A DNA stretch of 64,000 nt from Tubulanus polymorphus (Eukaryota > Animalia > Nemertea). Positions 59,987 through 64,000 of the stretch are shown here, in pieces. The notes beneath the pieces were generated by a model. It searched no databases. It worked only from the letters and a program-made list of their open reading frames with translations, and was not told the origin of the DNA. The translations under genes and the position numbers were made by a program. Where the stretch lies: the NCBI RefSeq assembly GCF_964204645.1, contig NC_134031.1:6324001-6388000 (forward strand). Reading direction: 5' to 3'. Position 1 is the stretch's first letter; each line of letters begins with the position of its first letter.

Positions 59987-62900
59987 GGGCACCACTGGAA
60001 TGGGAATGGGAAGAGTTACCGGATCTTGATGAGGAAACTCTTGCCCTCATCGGGATCCGGCAAGGTGGCGCCTTAGAGGGGTATGTACGAAAATACGAGT
60101 TCCCATCCACTGAAAACAACAAGTTTGATTTAATTAAATTTTATAACGATATCAAACCGCATCTCATCCGACTGCTTAAAGATGATTTAAGTAGATTGGG
60201 TGGGATAAAATGGTTTACCAGCATTCATATAATTTTAGAAAAAGATATCGATGGTGTCCATCAACAAAGGACTGTGTATTTTACTAGCCACACTCGAAGT
60301 GCTTTCAATGGTGAACAATTTGACGAGCTCTTGGATCAGGCTAAGAATAAAATGATCCAATTATTGGAACAATACAATACTGAGGGTACTGGTTGGAGGT
60401 TTGATTATGTCGAAGTGTTCGATCTACACGTCGGCATATATGAACCATTAGGTGGAGGTTCGTATATACCCTCTCCTCGTGTAATCGTTTCACGAGGAGG
60501 GGTTATAAATATCCAAAATTTCGACAATATGTGCTTTCTTTGGTCTATACTCGCCCACCTCCACCGAATGGACACGAACCCCCAACGAGTATCTAAGTAT
60601 TTACGGTACAGAGACGAATTGAATATGAACAATATCAATTATCCAGTAACCGTAGAACAAATACCCATTTTCGAACAGCAAAACGATATATCAGTTAACG
60701 TATTTGCCTATGAGGATGGAAATATTTTTGTTCGTCGTTTGAGTGATAATCCACGCGCAAATCATGTTAATTTATTATTACTAGTTGATAACGATAACGC
60801 CCATTATTGTTTGATAAATGACCTTAGTAAATTCCTTTTCCATCTAAACAAAAAGAAAGCCAAATGTTTTTGGTGTTTTAAGTGCATGCACTCTTTTTTA
60901 TCGCAAGAAAATCTTGATGTTCATACTCGGTACTGTATTCAAGGAATACAAAAGACAATCATGCCACCGACAGATGAGAATGTCTTGAAATTTGTTAATG
61001 TCACAAAACAGCACAAACTGCCATATGTGATATATGCTGACTTCGAAATGTTTTTAGAACCGATTGAGGGGTGTAAATTGAACCAGAATCAATCTTGGAC
61101 ATATCGTTATCAGGTTCATGAACCGTGTGGATTTTGTTTTAAAGTCGTTGGCCCTGACACCAGACATTCCCATCCGACAGTCCTTTATAGAGGAGACGAT
61201 GTTATGAAGAAATTCTTAACATCCCTCCTCGAAAAAGCAGAGGAAATATTAAAGGAATACAAAAATCCTCAACCTTTGGTTATGAACGACGTCGATGAAA
61301 CACACTTCAAATCAACTGATATTTGTCATATATGTAAGGAAACCATAAATGGTAAGAAATGTCGGGATCACGATCATATAACCGGCAAATACAGAGGCCC
61401 AGCTTGTAATTCATGTAATCTGAGTTATAGGGTTCCTAATTTCATACCTGTGATATTTCATAACTTGAAAAGTTATGACAGTCATGAAATTATTAGATCA
61501 TTGGGCTTGGTTGAATTTAGGGGGTATAGAATTTCAGTGATCCCGACGAACACTGAAAAGTTTATCGGATTTACACTTGGTCCCCTACGCTTCATCGACT
61601 CGTTGGCATTTCTCAATACCTCTCTCAGTACTCTTACAGAAAATTTGGTCAATTCGGGTAGAGAGAAATTCATTCATTTAAACTCGGAGTTCCCCGCCAA
61701 TAAACTTGATCTTTTATTACGTAAAGGTGTTTACCCATACGACTACATGACAGGTTCGGAGAAATTTAATGAGACAAGTCTCCCTCCTAAGGAGGCATTT
61801 ACCAACACCCTGACGAACACTGAAATTTCGGTAGATGACTACAAACATGCACAGAATATTTGGTCGCAGTTTAACATGGCAAACATGGGCGAGTATCACG
61901 ATCTCTATCTTAGAACCGACGTATTGCTACTTTCAGATATTTTCGAGGAATTCCGCAAGTTCGCTCATAAGAGCTACGGATTAGATCCTTGTCATTACTA
62001 CACTCTACCCGGCTACTCATGGGATGCCTGCTTGAAACTGACAAAAGTCGAACTTCAATTGTTCACTGAAGTCGATATGTATTTGTTCATAGAACAGGGG
62101 ATACGCGGCGGAATATCTGTTATTACCCATCGATATTTCGAGGCTAATAACAAGTATTTCGCCGATTACGACGAGGCCAAGGAGTCATCTTATATCATGT
62201 ATTTAGATGCTAATAATCTGTATGGGTGGGCAATGTCTCAGGCATTGCCTGTTGGTGAATTTAGGTGGTTAGAAACAGAAAACGATCCCCTTTGGCCCGA
62301 CGCTCAGGATATTTTAACGATGACGGACGACGCCCATTTCGGCATGATACTCGAAGTGGACCTTGAATACGGTGCCGAGTTACACGATCTACATAACGAT
62401 TTACCGTTAGCTCCGGAGCGCATGTTAGTCAACGAAGATTTAATGTTATCTCCGTATCAAAAGCTTCTATTTCAGACTTTGAAACTATCGTCCAGCAAGA
62501 TACACAAGCTTATCCCTAATCTTTACAATAAAACTCGGTATATTGTTCATTATAGGAATTTGAGGCTTTACATGAAACTTGGTATGAAATTAACAAAGAT
62601 TCATCGTGTTCTCCATTTTCGACAATCAGCCTGGATGTCACCGTACATTGCTTTGAATACCGAATTCCGAAAAAATGCGAAATCCAATTTTGAGAAAGAT
62701 ATGTACAAATTACTGAATAATGCAAGTTTTGGCAAGACAATGGAGAACATTAGGAATCGAATCAACTACCAAATTATTAACGAACCGGGGAAATTGAGAA
62801 AAGCTCTAGCGAAGCCATCTACGATTTCATGGAACATTATTTCGGAGAATGTTGTGGGGGTAAAAAAACAGCAGATTTCGATCAAGTTGGATAAGCCTGT

Positions 62901-63513
62901 GTATCTTGGCTTTTCAATTTTAGACATAAGCAAAACGTTAATGTATGATTTTCATTATAACACCATCAAGGCAGGATACGGGGATAACGCTAAACTTCTT
63001 TTTACAGATACGGATAGTTTAACGTACGCTATTCGCAGCAACGATTTGTACACGGATATGGCGGGGATTTCCGACCAGTTCGACTTTTCAGCCTATCCCA
63101 CCGGCCATCCTTTATTCTCGGACAAAAATAAGAAAGTACTAGGCAAATTTAAGGATGAGACCAATTCTTTTCCCGTTAAAGTGTTCTGCGGTTTACGGAG
63201 TAAGATGTATTCAATGACATATCTTTCTCCGGATAACAACGGAACACTTGTGGAAAAGAAAACTGCAAAAGGTGTTGCGAAGTACGTCGTTAAGCAGTCC
63301 GTATCCCATAATAACTACGTTGATTGCTTGCGTAATCAATCACGTATGATGGCTAACATGCGGTCTATCCGGAGCTTCAATCATAAGTTACATTCAGTTA
63401 ATTTAAATAAAGTCGGATTATCACCATACGACGACAAACGTTATATACTAGATGATGGTGTAAGCACATATGCTTATGGTCATCATAAAATTCCGGAGAT
63501 AAATCATCATTAA
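59401..63513 (+). CDS. Protein-primed family B DNA polymerase (pPolB) with N-terminal zinc fingers and an EndoVII-like insert
   Basis: 1370 aa. ExoI IYADFE, ExoII FHNLKSYD, ExoIII YLRTDV; polymerase motifs YLDANNLYG, KLLNNASFGK and TDTDS; CHIC..RDHDHITGKYRGPACNSCNL (HNH/EndoVII-like). Confidence 0.96.
59660..59995 (+). repeat. GCA/CCA-rich coding repeat encoding an Ala/Pro linker in pPolB
   Basis: Repeated PAAAV(G/P)APP units and a poly-GCA (poly-Ala) run; GC-rich relative to the rest of the element. Confidence 0.9.
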
Positions 63514-64000
63514 AAGAACAAGTCGTTATACTTAATATATATTTGCATATCTTTATTTATTCATAGTTATAAACATTGATTTATTTACACTCACTTATAC
63601 ATGCGTTTATGTTTTCAGTTTTACTTTAAACTATTTAACTAATATATATATTTATTTATTTATCTTATCTATTTATTTAAGATTATATGAAAGTTGGTAA
63701 ACCATTGGTTTAATATCGTTATAAGTGTTTTCTATATTTCTTTTTATTTCAGGGATGGGATCTAACTCGTACCCCCTCTAAGCGCACCTTTTCCCGTTTT
63801 TTTTTTTTTCTTCCTTTTCTACTTTTTTATGCCAATTTCCCTATAATTCTTTTTTAAAATAAATAAAGAAAAAACCAGCATTTGATTATTAACATAATTC
63901 ATGACTTTAGTTTTTGATATTTATCTATATATGGATTGAGGATACAGGAGATACATATATTCATTAATCATCGATTTGGAATACAGGATGAGGATTACAG

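Larger units (their letters stand above)
50952..64000. mobile_element. Polinton/Maverick (endogenous adintovirus-like element); left end present, right end beyond the window
   Basis: Begins AGTAGTA, a typical Polinton terminus, followed by a subterminal repeat array. Dense intronless gene set: protease, MCP, core protein, mCP, integrase, ATPase and pPolB. Confidence 0.95.

Noticed and set aside
59573-60122. Antisense ORFs (Leu-rich 140 aa; Ala/Gly-rich 178 aa)
   Set aside because: By-products of the stop-free GCA repeat in the pPolB linker.
61318-61425. HNH/EndoVII-like insert in pPolB as a novelty or intein
   Set aside because: Already known in one Polinton polymerase group; no intein terminal residues seen.

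Overview
Eukaryotic (animal, probably marine invertebrate) genomic DNA with spliceosomal GT-AG genes and many small transposon remnants. Host genes from left to right: a 5'-truncated NIT-domain transmembrane guanylyl cyclase (+), a MYORG-like GH31 glycosidase (-), an SRCR-SRCR-ZP protein (-), an EGF/FN3 receptor-type tyrosine phosphatase with tandem PTP domains (+), medium-chain acyl-CoA dehydrogenase (-) and exosome subunit RRP4/EXOSC2 (-), then a degenerate GPCR-like fragment. From 50952 (AGTAGT terminus) to the window end lies an apparently intact Polinton/Maverick (endogenous adintovirus-like element). It encodes a protease, major and minor capsid proteins, core proteins, an integrase with a chromodomain, a packaging ATPase and a protein-primed DNA polymerase B. 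The most striking observation is an intronless, divergent TATA-binding-protein (TBP) homologue inside the viral gene cassette, whose second repeat has lost both DNA-intercalating phenylalanines. The element also shows signs of adenovirus-like splicing of the polymerase gene. Two host signalling enzymes look catalytically rewired: the cyclase lacks the catalytic Asn/Arg, and the phosphatase D1 domain lacks the catalytic Cys. All calls come from reading motifs by eye; no searches were run.
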